Below, one piece after another: positions 31,957 to 41,859 of a DNA stretch of 64,000 nucleotides (positions are counted from its first letter, which is position 1; each line of letters opens with the position of its first letter). Under the pieces are notes generated by a model. The model was not told where the DNA came from, did no database searches, and worked only from the letters and a program-made list of their open reading frames with translations. The translations under genes were made by a program, and so were the position numbers. The stretch is from an uncultured Methanosarcinaceae archaeon (GTDB lineage: Archaea; Halobacteriota; Methanosarcinia; Methanosarcinales; Methanosarcinaceae), in assembly GCA_963721455.1 (NCBI GenBank), contig CAVRJG010000052.1, positions 32,001-96,000 of the forward strand, given 5' to 3'.

Positions 31957-32850
31957 ATAGAAATCAATGGAGTAGAAATCGAAGACACATATGCAGAAGC
32001 GTTTCCGATCAAGATTTCACGGGTACTCATAACAGCAGTTACCAGGCGCTGGGCCCTTGTGGCAGCTACTGAAGCCACCGGCTTTGGGACATCCGTTATT
32101 ATGTGTCCCGCAGAAGCAGGGATTGAAAGGTTAGCGAGCCCCAGTGAAACCCCTGATGGAAGGCCTGGAGTTTACATCCAGATCTGTACTTTCAAATACG
32201 AAGCACTGGAAGAGCAGTTGCTTGAAAGGATTGGACAGTGTGTACTTACGGCTCCTACAACTGCAGTCTTCAACGGGCTTCCTGAAGCCGAAAAACAGTT
32301 TAATGTGGGCTTTAAACTCAAGTTCTTCGCAGACGGTATGGAGTCTGAAACCCAAATTGCAGGTCGAAAGGTATATAAAATCCCTATCATGGAAGGGGAC
32401 TTCCTGAACGAAGAAAATATTGGGGCTATAGCTGGAATTGCAGGCGGGAACTTCTTCATTTTCGGAGACTCTCAGATGAGTGCCCTGACCGCAGCCGAAG
32501 TTGCTGTTGATGCAATTGCAGAACTTGAAGGCACAATTACCCCCTTCCCTGGCGGCATTGTAGCTAGCGGCTCCAAATCCGGAGCAAACAAATACAAGTT
32601 CCTAAAAGCTACTGCTAATGAGAAATTCTGCCCCTCCATAAAGGATAAGGTTGAGAACACCGAAATTCCGGCAGATGTCAATGCTGTTTATGAAATCGTC
32701 ATCAATGGGCTTGATGAAGAGAGCATAAAAGCTGCCATGAAAGCAGGAATCAAAGCCGCTGTAACTGTTCCGGGCATCAAGAAAATCTCCGCAGGAAACT
32801 ACGGCGGAAAACTCGGGAAATATCAGTTCAAATTACACGAGCTTTTCTGA
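31957..32850 (+). CDS. ftr: Formylmethanofuran:tetrahydromethanopterin formyltransferase (apparent ATA start)
   Basis: The frame extends upstream of the ORF-track start to ATA-GAA-ATC-AAT-GGA, giving (M)EINGVEIEDTYAEAFP, the typical Ftr N-terminus, and 297 codons. Motifs CPAEAG, RIGQCVLTAPTT and SAGNYGGKLG. Confidence 0.95.
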   Translation: MEINGVEIEDTYAEAFPIKISRVLITAVTRRWALVAATEATGFGTSVIMCPAEAGIERLASPSETPDGRPGVYIQICTFKYEALEEQLLERIGQCVLTAPTTAVFNGLPEAEKQFNVGFKLKFFADGMESETQIAGRKVYKIPIMEGDFLNEENIGAIAGIAGGNFFIFGDSQMSALTAAEVAVDAIAELEGTITPFPGGIVASGSKSGANKYKFLKATANEKFCPSIKDKVENTEIPADVNAVYEIVINGLDEESIKAAMKAGIKAAVTVPGIKKISAGNYGGKLGKYQFKLHELF

Positions 32851-32869
32851 GCTATAAATCTTTTTTATT

Positions 32870-33125
32870 TTTTTCTTGTATATTTTTCTTGTATATTTTT
32901 CTTGTATATTTTTCTTGTATATTTTTCTTGTATATTTTTCTTGTATATTTTTCTTGTATATTTTTCTTGTATATTTTTCTTGTATATTTTTCTTGTATAT
33001 TTTTCTTGTATATTTTTCTTGTATATTTTTCTTGTATATTTTTCTTGTATATTTTTCTTGTAAATTTTTCTCTTGTAAATTTCTCTTGTAAATTTCTCTT
33101 GTAAATTTCTCTTGTAAATTTCTCT
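32870..33125. repeat. Tandem repeat, about 19 x 13 bp (TTTTCTTGTATAT, then TTCTCTTGTAAAT)
   Basis: Lies just after the T-rich ftr terminator. Confidence 0.9.
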
Positions 33126-33318
33126 TTTACAGAGTAAAGGTAGAGTAAGAAAAAGGACAGAGAAGCGATAAGGTTAATAAAAAAGAAATGCAAAAAAAGG
33201 GAAGGTTGGCTTCCCTGACTGATTTTCGAAACTATATGAAATAAAAAAGTAATATTCTGTTGCGGGCTGTTTCAGCGCTACCGGGACTTCAGGGCTATTA
33301 GAGTCCTCTTAAAGTATT

Positions 33319-34839
33319 TCAGAACCCAATAGCGTTGAAGCCGGCAAGGAGAATATCCCTCGGGTCAAGGCCAGTAACCTGCATCATGACATAAGCTCCA
33401 ACAAAAGTCCCTGTCATGCTTCCGATATTTGCGAAGCTTGCAACAAGAAGAACTCGCATAAACTTATTTTTGAACATTTCCTTGAAGGTTTCTATCCCTG
33501 CCAGGGCTTTTATGTCTGCAGTCGTAGGATTTCGCTGTCTTGCTTCTACCAGGCCAGCAAACCAGCCTGCGGCAATCAGAGGATGTAGAGTGGTTAGCCA
33601 GGCAACCGAAAAGGCGGTCAGAACTGAGTAAGGATGGCCGCCTGCGAGCAGAGTGCCGGCTGCGCTCAGGGTCCCGGTGATAATGAACCACCACCCGAAA
33701 GCTATAAAAAGAAGCTTCAGCGGAACGCCAGAAAGAAGCAGCAACAAAAAGAACGCAACTATAAGGCCGACAAAACCAAAGCCTATAACTTTGCCAATGC
33801 CGATGCGTTTCTTCGGAATCTCCATGAGAGTATTCAGGGAGGGGACACTTTTCGGATTTTTTAGATAGTTCATTACTCCGGGTTTGTGTCCAGCTCCGAT
33901 CACCACAACGACAGTTTTGTTTCCGCCTGCAACGACCCTGAGGATGCTTCCTGCAAGATACGCATCCCTTTCGTCAATGAGGACCTCAGCCGCAGTCGGG
34001 GCAAATCCCCTGAGTTCACTTACAAGGGCAGTCACAACGTCCTGCTCTGTGATCTGATCGATATCGATCTCAGTTCCTTTCCCGATTCCTATGAGGCCGC
34101 CTAGCAGGGAGCCAATCATCTTGATTTTTTCCAGGAACTTCATCTTTCCCCAGAAACGCTGAAGCGTCACCTGGATGTCCCGGTCAATTAAGGCAACTTT
34201 AGCCCCGATAGACTCGGCTTCCTCGATCGCAGAAAGCATCTCAGCGCCGGGTTTTACGCCCATATCATCGCCGATCTTTTTCTGCATATATGCAAGCAAC
34301 CACTGAATAACGTAGTAGGAGATTTTCCCTTCAGAAAGAATTTCCTTGATAGGAACCTGGCTTTCCTGCATATTTCCCTTCATACCTTCATAGCGTCCCC
34401 TGCAGAGTTCGACGGCTACAATATCTGGCTTCAGATTTCTGATAGCAGCCTTGACCTCGGCGACACTCTTTTCCGAAACATGGGCCGTACCTATGAGAAC
34501 TATTTTTGAAGGCTGGCATTCGGCCTGGTTCCCATCTGGAGATTGCGAAGATAAAGGAATTAAGATTGAATCAGGAATAGGTTCTTCAACAAATTCGGAA
34601 TTTACATCAAGCTTTGCTTCAATCCCCCCGGAATCTACTTCGGATGCCGACACAGAGACTTTACCATCCTCTGGCATGTTAATTGAATAATCAGAAAGTT
34701 TAGACTTTCCGACAGAAATTGAATTTTCTGCGGATTCTGTCACAAGTTTGTCCATAGAATATATTGACTCCTGAGATGAATTATGAAAACCGTAGTCAGG
34801 GTCCTTGTCCTGAGAATCTGTAATTTCAGGTTTGTCCAT
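33319..34839 (-). CDS. TraB/PrgY (pheromone shutdown) family protein
   Basis: IGTAHVS, VELC, PGAEM, DRDIQVT, ERD and GAGH motifs, C-terminal TMs and an acidic N-terminal extension. Confidence 0.9.
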   Translation of the reverse strand: MDKPEITDSQDKDPDYGFHNSSQESIYSMDKLVTESAENSISVGKSKLSDYSINMPEDGKVSVSASEVDSGGIEAKLDVNSEFVEEPIPDSILIPLSSQSPDGNQAECQPSKIVLIGTAHVSEKSVAEVKAAIRNLKPDIVAVELCRGRYEGMKGNMQESQVPIKEILSEGKISYYVIQWLLAYMQKKIGDDMGVKPGAEMLSAIEEAESIGAKVALIDRDIQVTLQRFWGKMKFLEKIKMIGSLLGGLIGIGKGTEIDIDQITEQDVVTALVSELRGFAPTAAEVLIDERDAYLAGSILRVVAGGNKTVVVVIGAGHKPGVMNYLKNPKSVPSLNTLMEIPKKRIGIGKVIGFGFVGLIVAFFLLLLLSGVPLKLLFIAFGWWFIITGTLSAAGTLLAGGHPYSVLTAFSVAWLTTLHPLIAAGWFAGLVEARQRNPTTADIKALAGIETFKEMFKNKFMRVLLVASFANIGSMTGTFVGAYVMMQVTGLDPRDILLAGFNAIGF

Positions 34840-35241
34840 TGTTAATCTCTCTGCTGCGACGAATTAGAAGTGATGAATAAGAATACATCACTTAAAGGAT
34901 TGTATTTAATCGTATGAATAATTAAGCTCCCCACATAAAATAACCGAGCTACAAGCAGATAATTAACTGATGGTAATTACCTGCCAGGGATTTATATTTT
35001 GCTGCCTTTTGAATTTTCACCCTTTAGTTCTATAGTCCTTATTTTATATAATTATTTATAAACTTATTTGATATATTTCTGTAAAGCCTCTATCCATAAA
35101 GAACTTAAGAAAGAAATATCTTTTGATAAAATTTTCTTTTGATAAAAAGCCCTTTTTAATAAAAATTTCCTTTTAATAAATTTTTTTTAATAAATTTCCT
35201 TTGATTAAAAAAATTTCTTTGATGAGGAAGCATTTTAAATA

Positions 35242-36336
35242 TTACTCTGACCTGAGTTTCAAGATTCGTACAAGATCTGTTCTTGAAAGGATTCCTACAA
35301 CCTCCCCATTATCAATGACCATAACCCTTCCTATGTTCTTAGACGAAACCAGCTTCAGGACATCGCTGGCCTGCGCGTCCGAAGGTACGGATATGATATC
35401 TTTGGTCATGATATCCGAAACCAGGGCAACAGGGCGTTCAAGATATGGAACACGCTGGATGTCAGTAAAGGTCACGATTCCTCTCAGGCTGTCTCCTTCT
35501 ATTACAGGATAACCCATGTGTTTTTTCTCAAACATAAACTGGACCAGGTCTTCAACGCTCATGGAAGGATTAACGGAAACGACATTCTTTGTCATGATAT
35601 CCCTGACCATGATATTTTCGAGAGTTACCTCGGCCCGAGTAGAACGTTCCTCTTCAGATGCGCCGACGTAAATAAAAAGCGCGATCAGAGGGAACCACAG
35701 ATTCCCGACAAGAATTCCAAAAATTGCCATTAGAATGGCAAAAAACTTCCCGACGGCTGCTGCACTCTGGGTAGCTTTCACATAAGACATTTTTCTTGCA
35801 TAGAAGGAGCGGAGCACTCTGCCTCCGTCCATTGGAAAAGCAGGCAGCAGGTTGAAAATCCCGAGTATGAGGTTCATGGCTCCAAGAATCCAGAGAGTAA
35901 AGTATACCGGGTTTTGAGAAAGCGAAGGGTTGGGAAAAATAAGATTTCCATATATAAAGAGGCAGATAGAGCCTATTACAAGGCTCGTCAAAGGTCCGGC
36001 AAAGGCCATTTTTGCTTCCTGTCCGGGTTTCCTGGGCATCTCTTCCATAGCCGATACTCCTCCAAAAAGGAAGAGAGTGATACTCTCAATATTGACCCCG
36101 TAACGCCTTGCCATATATGAGTGTGCAAGTTCATGTAAAAGAATTGAAGCAAAAAGCAGAATAGCAGTCAGGACTGAAAGCGCATACCTCGTGATAGGCG
36201 GCTCAACTCCCTCAAAACCAAATGGCTGCGGGTTTATCGCAAACAAATAAGCAAACATGGGCAGTATCAGAAGAAAAGTTATGTGCAGTTTGATAGGTAT
36301 ACCCATTATACTCCCTATTTTCAATGACGATTTCAT
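35242..36336 (-). CDS. M50 site-2 metalloprotease with CBS pair
   Basis: HELAH and NLLPAFPMDGGR, followed by two CBS domains. Confidence 0.93.
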   Translation of the reverse strand: MKSSLKIGSIMGIPIKLHITFLLILPMFAYLFAINPQPFGFEGVEPPITRYALSVLTAILLFASILLHELAHSYMARRYGVNIESITLFLFGGVSAMEEMPRKPGQEAKMAFAGPLTSLVIGSICLFIYGNLIFPNPSLSQNPVYFTLWILGAMNLILGIFNLLPAFPMDGGRVLRSFYARKMSYVKATQSAAAVGKFFAILMAIFGILVGNLWFPLIALFIYVGASEEERSTRAEVTLENIMVRDIMTKNVVSVNPSMSVEDLVQFMFEKKHMGYPVIEGDSLRGIVTFTDIQRVPYLERPVALVSDIMTKDIISVPSDAQASDVLKLVSSKNIGRVMVIDNGEVVGILSRTDLVRILKLRSE

Positions 36337-36842
36337 GAAATAAATGCCCCCATCCTCATTTCTATAATATCAGATACGTGATAAAACGGTAAATTTGAAT
36401 TTCAAAAAACTCCTGGCTTATTATATCTTTATTAAATTATGAATTTTTAAGTTATAAACCTTAACCTGAAATCTGAACTTTAAACACTGAATCCAGAATA
36501 CTGCAAATCCCTATTACTTATCGGCAAATCAGAACTTGTCATTAGTTCCAGTCATAAAGTTCTCCTCATAAAGTTCTCCTCATAAAAATAACTGATCCAT
36601 GTGCTATTTGGCAATAATATTATAGATATTTGCTTGTGTGTGATTAACAAACTAGCAAATTTAGAAAAAATACTGAGAGAAAGAAATGTAAGGTAAGTGT
36701 AGATAAAGGGAAGGAAAAGAGAAAGAGAAGGAAAAGAGAAAGAGAAGGAAAAGGGAAGGAAAAGGGAGATATCAGGTTGAAAAAGATAATTAATAGTTTT
36801 AAAGTTTTTAATTAATAATTTTAAAGTTTTCAATTCATGGCT

Positions 36843-38030
36843 TTAAAGTTCTGCTGTTACTTTTTTTAGATCTTGGAGAAATTCTTCGATGTCCCGGGCT
36901 GTGTTGTGAGGCATCAGAACTAGACGGAGAGATCTGGGGGTACGGGTAATTGAGACGTTCCACCCGAACTTCCTGAGGAGCCGCTCCCGGACAAGGTCAG
37001 GGCTCGGAACTCTCAGGGCAATTACGTTCATTACAGGTTCGAGCAGAGGTTCAAAACCGAGTTTTCGAGCTTCTTCGACCAGTTTTGCGGTAAGCTGCAT
37101 GCAATATTGTACATTTTTTACGTATCCTTCACGGCCTAGATGCTTCATGACAGCATATGTGGCAGCAGCTGAAGCCCCGCTGCGGGTGCCTGTAAGAGTA
37201 AACTGCGCCTTTGTGGTAAGATATGGAGTACTCACCTTGAGGGAATCCAGGAAAGAAGGAGACCTGAATAACAGGGCACCTGATGGGATTGTGGAAAGGC
37301 CCATCTTGTGGGGATCTAGTGCAATGGATGTAACGCCTGGTACTTTGAAATCAAAAGGATACGGATTTTCAAGGAAAGGGATTACAAAGCCTCCGAAAGC
37401 TGCATCGATGTGAAGGAAAAGTTCATGTTCAAGAGCAAGTTTTGCGAGTTCCTCAACAGGATCTACCTGGCCAAATTCCGTGTTTCCTGCAATCCCTACG
37501 AGCCCTATAGTATTTGCATCTATAAGGCTCTCCACAGAGGCCGGGTCCACTTTGAACTCAGAATCCAGAAGAGCTCTTTTAACTTCGATACCCATCATAT
37601 CGGCGACCTTATCAAATGAAAAATGAGCCGATTCTGGAATGACTATATTGGGAATTTTCCCTAACTCTTTCTTTCCTGCAATTACGATGTTTTTCATGCC
37701 CCTGACAGCCTGGATGTTGGATTCGGTGCCTCCTGTCGTAAGGTAACCGCAAACCGAGCTCTCACAGAAATCCCCAAAGTGGGTTTCGACAGACGGAGCA
37801 TGAAGAAGTTCCCCCAGCATCCTGATCACTTCTTTTTCCAGCCTGTGAGCGCCTGCAAAAAGCCCCAGGTCGCCCAGGTTGGCCTCAATAAAGAGCCTGT
37901 GAGCTTCAACCGCGATTTTATGAGGGTGAGTGCACATTGAACTTAAAACCCTATAATAGTCCGTATCTTCTGACTTTACATTTTCCAGATAGGAAAATAT
38001 TTCTTTTTCAGAAAGACCCTGCTCATTCAT
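36843..38030 (-). CDS. mfnA: L-tyrosine/L-aspartate decarboxylase (methanofuran/CoA biosynthesis)
   Basis: PLP group II decarboxylase: SSMCT, NLGDLGLF, GGTESN, HIDAAFGG and DPHK. Confidence 0.92.
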   Translation of the reverse strand: MNEQGLSEKEIFSYLENVKSEDTDYYRVLSSMCTHPHKIAVEAHRLFIEANLGDLGLFAGAHRLEKEVIRMLGELLHAPSVETHFGDFCESSVCGYLTTGGTESNIQAVRGMKNIVIAGKKELGKIPNIVIPESAHFSFDKVADMMGIEVKRALLDSEFKVDPASVESLIDANTIGLVGIAGNTEFGQVDPVEELAKLALEHELFLHIDAAFGGFVIPFLENPYPFDFKVPGVTSIALDPHKMGLSTIPSGALLFRSPSFLDSLKVSTPYLTTKAQFTLTGTRSGASAAATYAVMKHLGREGYVKNVQYCMQLTAKLVEEARKLGFEPLLEPVMNVIALRVPSPDLVRERLLRKFGWNVSITRTPRSLRLVLMPHNTARDIEEFLQDLKKVTAEL

Positions 38031-38415
38031 ATAGATAAGGTAAAACCAGTTTTAGTTAAAAGACTTATGGAATATGACCATGAAATTGCTTAATACGCTC
38101 TTTATGATACTCAAAGAAAGTCCAACTAATCTGTGATAGTATAATTACAAAAAAGGTTCACAAGAAAAATATGTGAGCACTCATAGGTTGAGTAAATACT
38201 AGCAAAATAGATGAAAAAATGAGAAATTTCAGTGGTAGAAAAAAAATGAAAAATGGAAAAAATAAAAAAAATGAAAAAAACCTGGAATTTAGATAGTAGA
38301 AAAAGAAATGAAAATATGAAGCAAAATATGGATATTATGTTTACTTAGTATAGATTTTATTAAAAACAGGAACGGAAGGGTATTGTAATCGTAAGAATGT
38401 CCTGAGCAAAGAGGG

Positions 38416-38761
38416 ACCCCTTCATTTCCACTGGAGGGGTTTCAAGGATTGTAAAGAGAGCAAATTTTCCTTAAGATATCAAAAATATTAATAATAATAG
38501 TAAAATAAAATTTACTAAAACAACAGAATTGAGATTAAATTTTACAATTAATTTCTCAAAAATTTCTCACAAAATTCTAAATAAAATTTATTTTATTATA
38601 ATAAACTATATATACTATTAATTTTATAACTAAACAACGGTATTTTGCTCTTTAACTAAATAAAACAAAGTTTTATTTTGCTACTTAGAATATCTAAACC
38701 TCTTCACTGGAAACAATGGGGTCCGGGGGTTATATAAACGTTCCAGTGGAAATACAGGGGT
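38416..38761. promoter_or_regulatory. Replication origin oriC: inverted ORB boxes flanking an AT-rich unwinding element
   Basis: ORBs: minus strand CTCCAGTGGAAATGAAGGGGT (38416-38436); plus strand TTCACTGGAAACAATGGGGT (38703-38722) and GTTCCAGTGGAAATACAGGGGT (38740-38761). The segment 38460-38700 is very AT-rich. Lies upstream of cdc6. Confidence 0.88.
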
Positions 38762-38783
38762 CTCTACTGAAAAATCCCTCGCC

Positions 38784-38967
38784 TTCTTTCATTTCCTTCG
38801 TTTTCTTTCATTTCCTTCGTTTCTTTCATTTCCTTCGTTTCTTTCATTTCCTTTCGTTTCTTTCATTTCCTTCGTTTCTTTCATTTCCTTCATTTCTTTC
38901 ATTTCCTTCATTTCTTTCATTTCCTTCATTTCTTTCATTTCCTTCGTTTCTTTCATTTCCTTCGTTT
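38784..38967. repeat. Tandem repeat, about 10 x 18 bp (TTCTTTCATTTCCTTC(G/A)T)
   Basis: Pyrimidine-rich array between the ORBs and the IS. Confidence 0.88.
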
Positions 38968-38996
38968 TCTTTCCATTTACTTTTTTTACCCATTTA

Positions 38997-40266
38997 GGCA
39001 GTGTACCGAAAGTTCTGTAAAATATGATTGACTCTGTATCCTTTTCTTTTCACCACAAAAAAACAGGATGCAGAGTCAATGGTTAATTTGTTCTCACTCA
39101 TAAAAGATTATCTTGTCGATCAGGAAGATGGAATTCGCCAGCTAATTACCTGGTTTTTAAACCTTGCAATGGAGGAGGAAGCCCTCCTCCAAGCTGGTGC
39201 ACAACGTTATGAGCGGACTGATTCCCGTAAAGCCAGTAGAAATGGCTACAAACCCCGAACTCTCCTGACCAAGCATGGGAAACTCGAATTATTAAAGCCT
39301 CAATTCCGTGAGTTTCCCTTTGAAACCCAGGTGTTTGAGAAGTATTCGAGAGTTGAAAAGGCCATCTTAACCGCTATAGCGGAATCTTACCTTCAGGGTG
39401 TTTCCACCCGTAGGGTGGAAAGAAGATCATGATCGCTTTAGGAGTAGGTGAAATCTCAGCCTCTTCTGTTTCCAGGATTACTAAAGAACTGGATGAAAAG
39501 GTTGAAGAATTCCTCTCAAAACGAATAGAACATGAAATTCCTTACTTGTTTATTGATGCGACTTATTTCAAGGTAAGAGATGGGCTTCATTATGAAAACA
39601 AAGCTCTCTTCGTAGTTGCTGGGATCAGGGATGACGGTTACCGAGAGATACTTGGAACAAGATTGGCAGACAGTGAAGCTTCTATGTTCTGGGAAGATCT
39701 ATTCGAGGATCTGAAAGAAAGAGGGTTAAGAGGTGTCAAGTTAATCGTTTCTGATGGTCATAAAGGAATACAGAAAGCAGTCAGAGAATCCTTTATTGGA
39801 TCAAGTTGGCAGATGTGTCATGTACATCTGACAAGACAAGTTCTCAAGAAGGTGCCAAAAAAGAAGCAGAAAGAAGTGGCTGAGAAGATAAAAGAAGCAT
39901 TAGTCGACCGTCAGAACTTGAATCACCTGATTAGGGAACTGGACAGTATGGGGTATAAAAGCGCAGCTGATACCCTTGAAAGTTTTCAGTATGATGTAAT
40001 GAACTATATGCAGTTTCCAGAAAAACACTGGAAAAAAATAAGGACAACAAATATGATGGAAAGGACTAACAAGGAACTCAAAAGAAGAAGCAAGGTAGTT
40101 GGAGCATTTCCTAACCAGGACTCAGTATTGAGACTTGTAGTCTCAATACTAATTGATATAAATGAAGACTGGATCACAGGAAACAAGTATATAGTAATGG
40201 AACAGTAATCAAAAAAGAAGACGAAGGGGTAGAGAGTAGATTTTACAGAAAATTAGGCACACTGCC
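38997..40266 (+). mobile_element. IS256-family insertion sequence, 1270 bp
   Basis: 27-bp IRs GGCAGTGTACCGAAAGTTCTGTAAAAT and GGCAGTGTGCCTAATTTTCTGTAAAAT (23/27). 8-bp TSD CCCATTTA at 38989-38996 and 40267-40274. Confidence 0.95.
39079..40208 (+). pseudogene. IS256 transposase split by a frameshift near 39420
   Basis: RNGY and YLQGVSTRRV lie in one frame; FIDATY, SDGHKG, WQMCHVH and TTNMMERTNKELKRR lie in the next. Two extra bases in GAA-AG-AAG-ATC. Confidence 0.9.
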
Positions 40267-40758
40267 CCCATTTACCTTCCTTTTATCCTTTTAACTTCGT
40301 TTACACCACTTTAATCTCTTTTTTCACACAAATTTGGAGATAATTTGTTAAACTCCCAGTTCGTTAAAACTTTCGATGAATAAAAGTCCCATAAAAATAG
40401 ATCAGAGTAGGAAGTATTCAAGGAAATTCTCTGGAGGAAAAGTACTTTGGAGCTTATCTAAATTCGATCCTATTTTACCATGCCTAATTGTACGATTGTA
40501 CGATTGTACAGGTAACATATTGAACTGAAATAATTTGAAGTAAGAACTAAAACTGCCGCATAAGCAGTCCTATTTTATATAAAATTTTTTATTCTTTAAA
40601 TTTAAGTAAAAAAGTCAAAAATATTTATACTATTTTCCATACGAAAAGAGGGATTTAAATTTGACCTCCATTGTTTCTGGAATCCTGAATCTTTTGTTTT
40701 AAAAACACTGTGTCTGTTGATATTGGTTTCGGTGGTAGATATTTAAGGTAATAGCCAT

Positions 40759-40780
40759 TTCCAGTGGAAGTGAACGGGTC
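40759..40780 (+). promoter_or_regulatory. Additional ORB box upstream of cdc6
   Basis: TTCCAGTGGAAGTGAACGGGTC. Confidence 0.65.
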
Positions 40781-41859
40781 TTTACCATAACTATTAATAT
40801 GGTGTACTTCCATTGCATCTACTGCAAATATAGCTTAAAATTACTTGCTTATATATCAATTCCATCTAAAATTTTGAATAAAGAATGTCTCGAATATAGG
40901 TTTTATCAGGGCTTGAGAAGTGGTCCAACACTTCAGACTTGCCCGCCATTTAAGAAGCAGTTTGTAGAGAATAAGAATTTCAGGCATTAACTATAAGAAA
41001 CATGTATTTTCTATCCCCTTCTCTTATGAGCGGAAATTCATAAGGTTTCTTATAAAAAGCGTAAAGAATATGAAGTAAAATTCCAAAAATCATAAAGTAA
41101 ACTTTAGTTCTAAGTTTTGAGAACCAAAAGTTTATCTCTTTCCAAATGCCCCAATGTTCACAACCATCTAAAGACCCTTGATAATCATTACAGTAATCAC
41201 CTGAAAACGATGTAATGTCTATTACAATGTTAATTGAAAGCTGTCCAGTAATATATGATCATAAATATGATCATAATTATCTAAAATATTTGAGCAGGAA
41301 GACTATGAAAAGATAGCTCTAAAATCTAAAAAGATAGCTCTAAAAGGACAGATATTCGATGGCTGTGAATTCAGAAAACTGAGAATTGAAGGCAGCTTAA
41401 ATTCCCCCTGGCTTCAGGCAACAAGTAAACGCTTAAAAGCACTTAATATCGCTTAAAAACAGTTAAAAAAGCTTAACTTCTGAAGGCATTCTGGCCTTAA
41501 GAAGTATGATCTTCAGAATCCCAGAGAGTTTGAAATTGAAATTTGCAGGTTTATCCTGCAGCTGAAAGCTTGAAAAACATAATAACACAGCTCCCTAAAA
41601 ACATACTTCCTGAACAGGATTTTCAATTACTTGAACTTATGACAGTAATTGGGAACATAATTGGGAACATAATTGGAAAAAATATATTGTATGGTTTATC
41701 TACTGTATTAATTAATTGTATCTATTATTTAAATAATTGTATCTATTATTAATTACTGTATTAATTTAATTGAATTTATTAATTATCTTCGCTAAAAATA
41801 TATCTACTGTCTTAACCCGTTGCATTCTGGGTATCATCAATTTTTATAGAGGGTCATTC

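Noticed and set aside
32852-33193. Repeat-peptide ORFs (KKNIQEKYTRKIY and others)
   Set aside because: Translation artefacts of the 13-bp tandem array.
38716-38997. 93-aa ORF in oriC
   Set aside because: Derived from ORB boxes and the 18-bp tandem repeat.
39410-39435. Programmed frameshift in the IS256 transposase
   Set aside because: IS256 transposases are normally single ORFs, and no canonical slippery heptamer is present. A 2-nt insertion or sequencing error is simpler.
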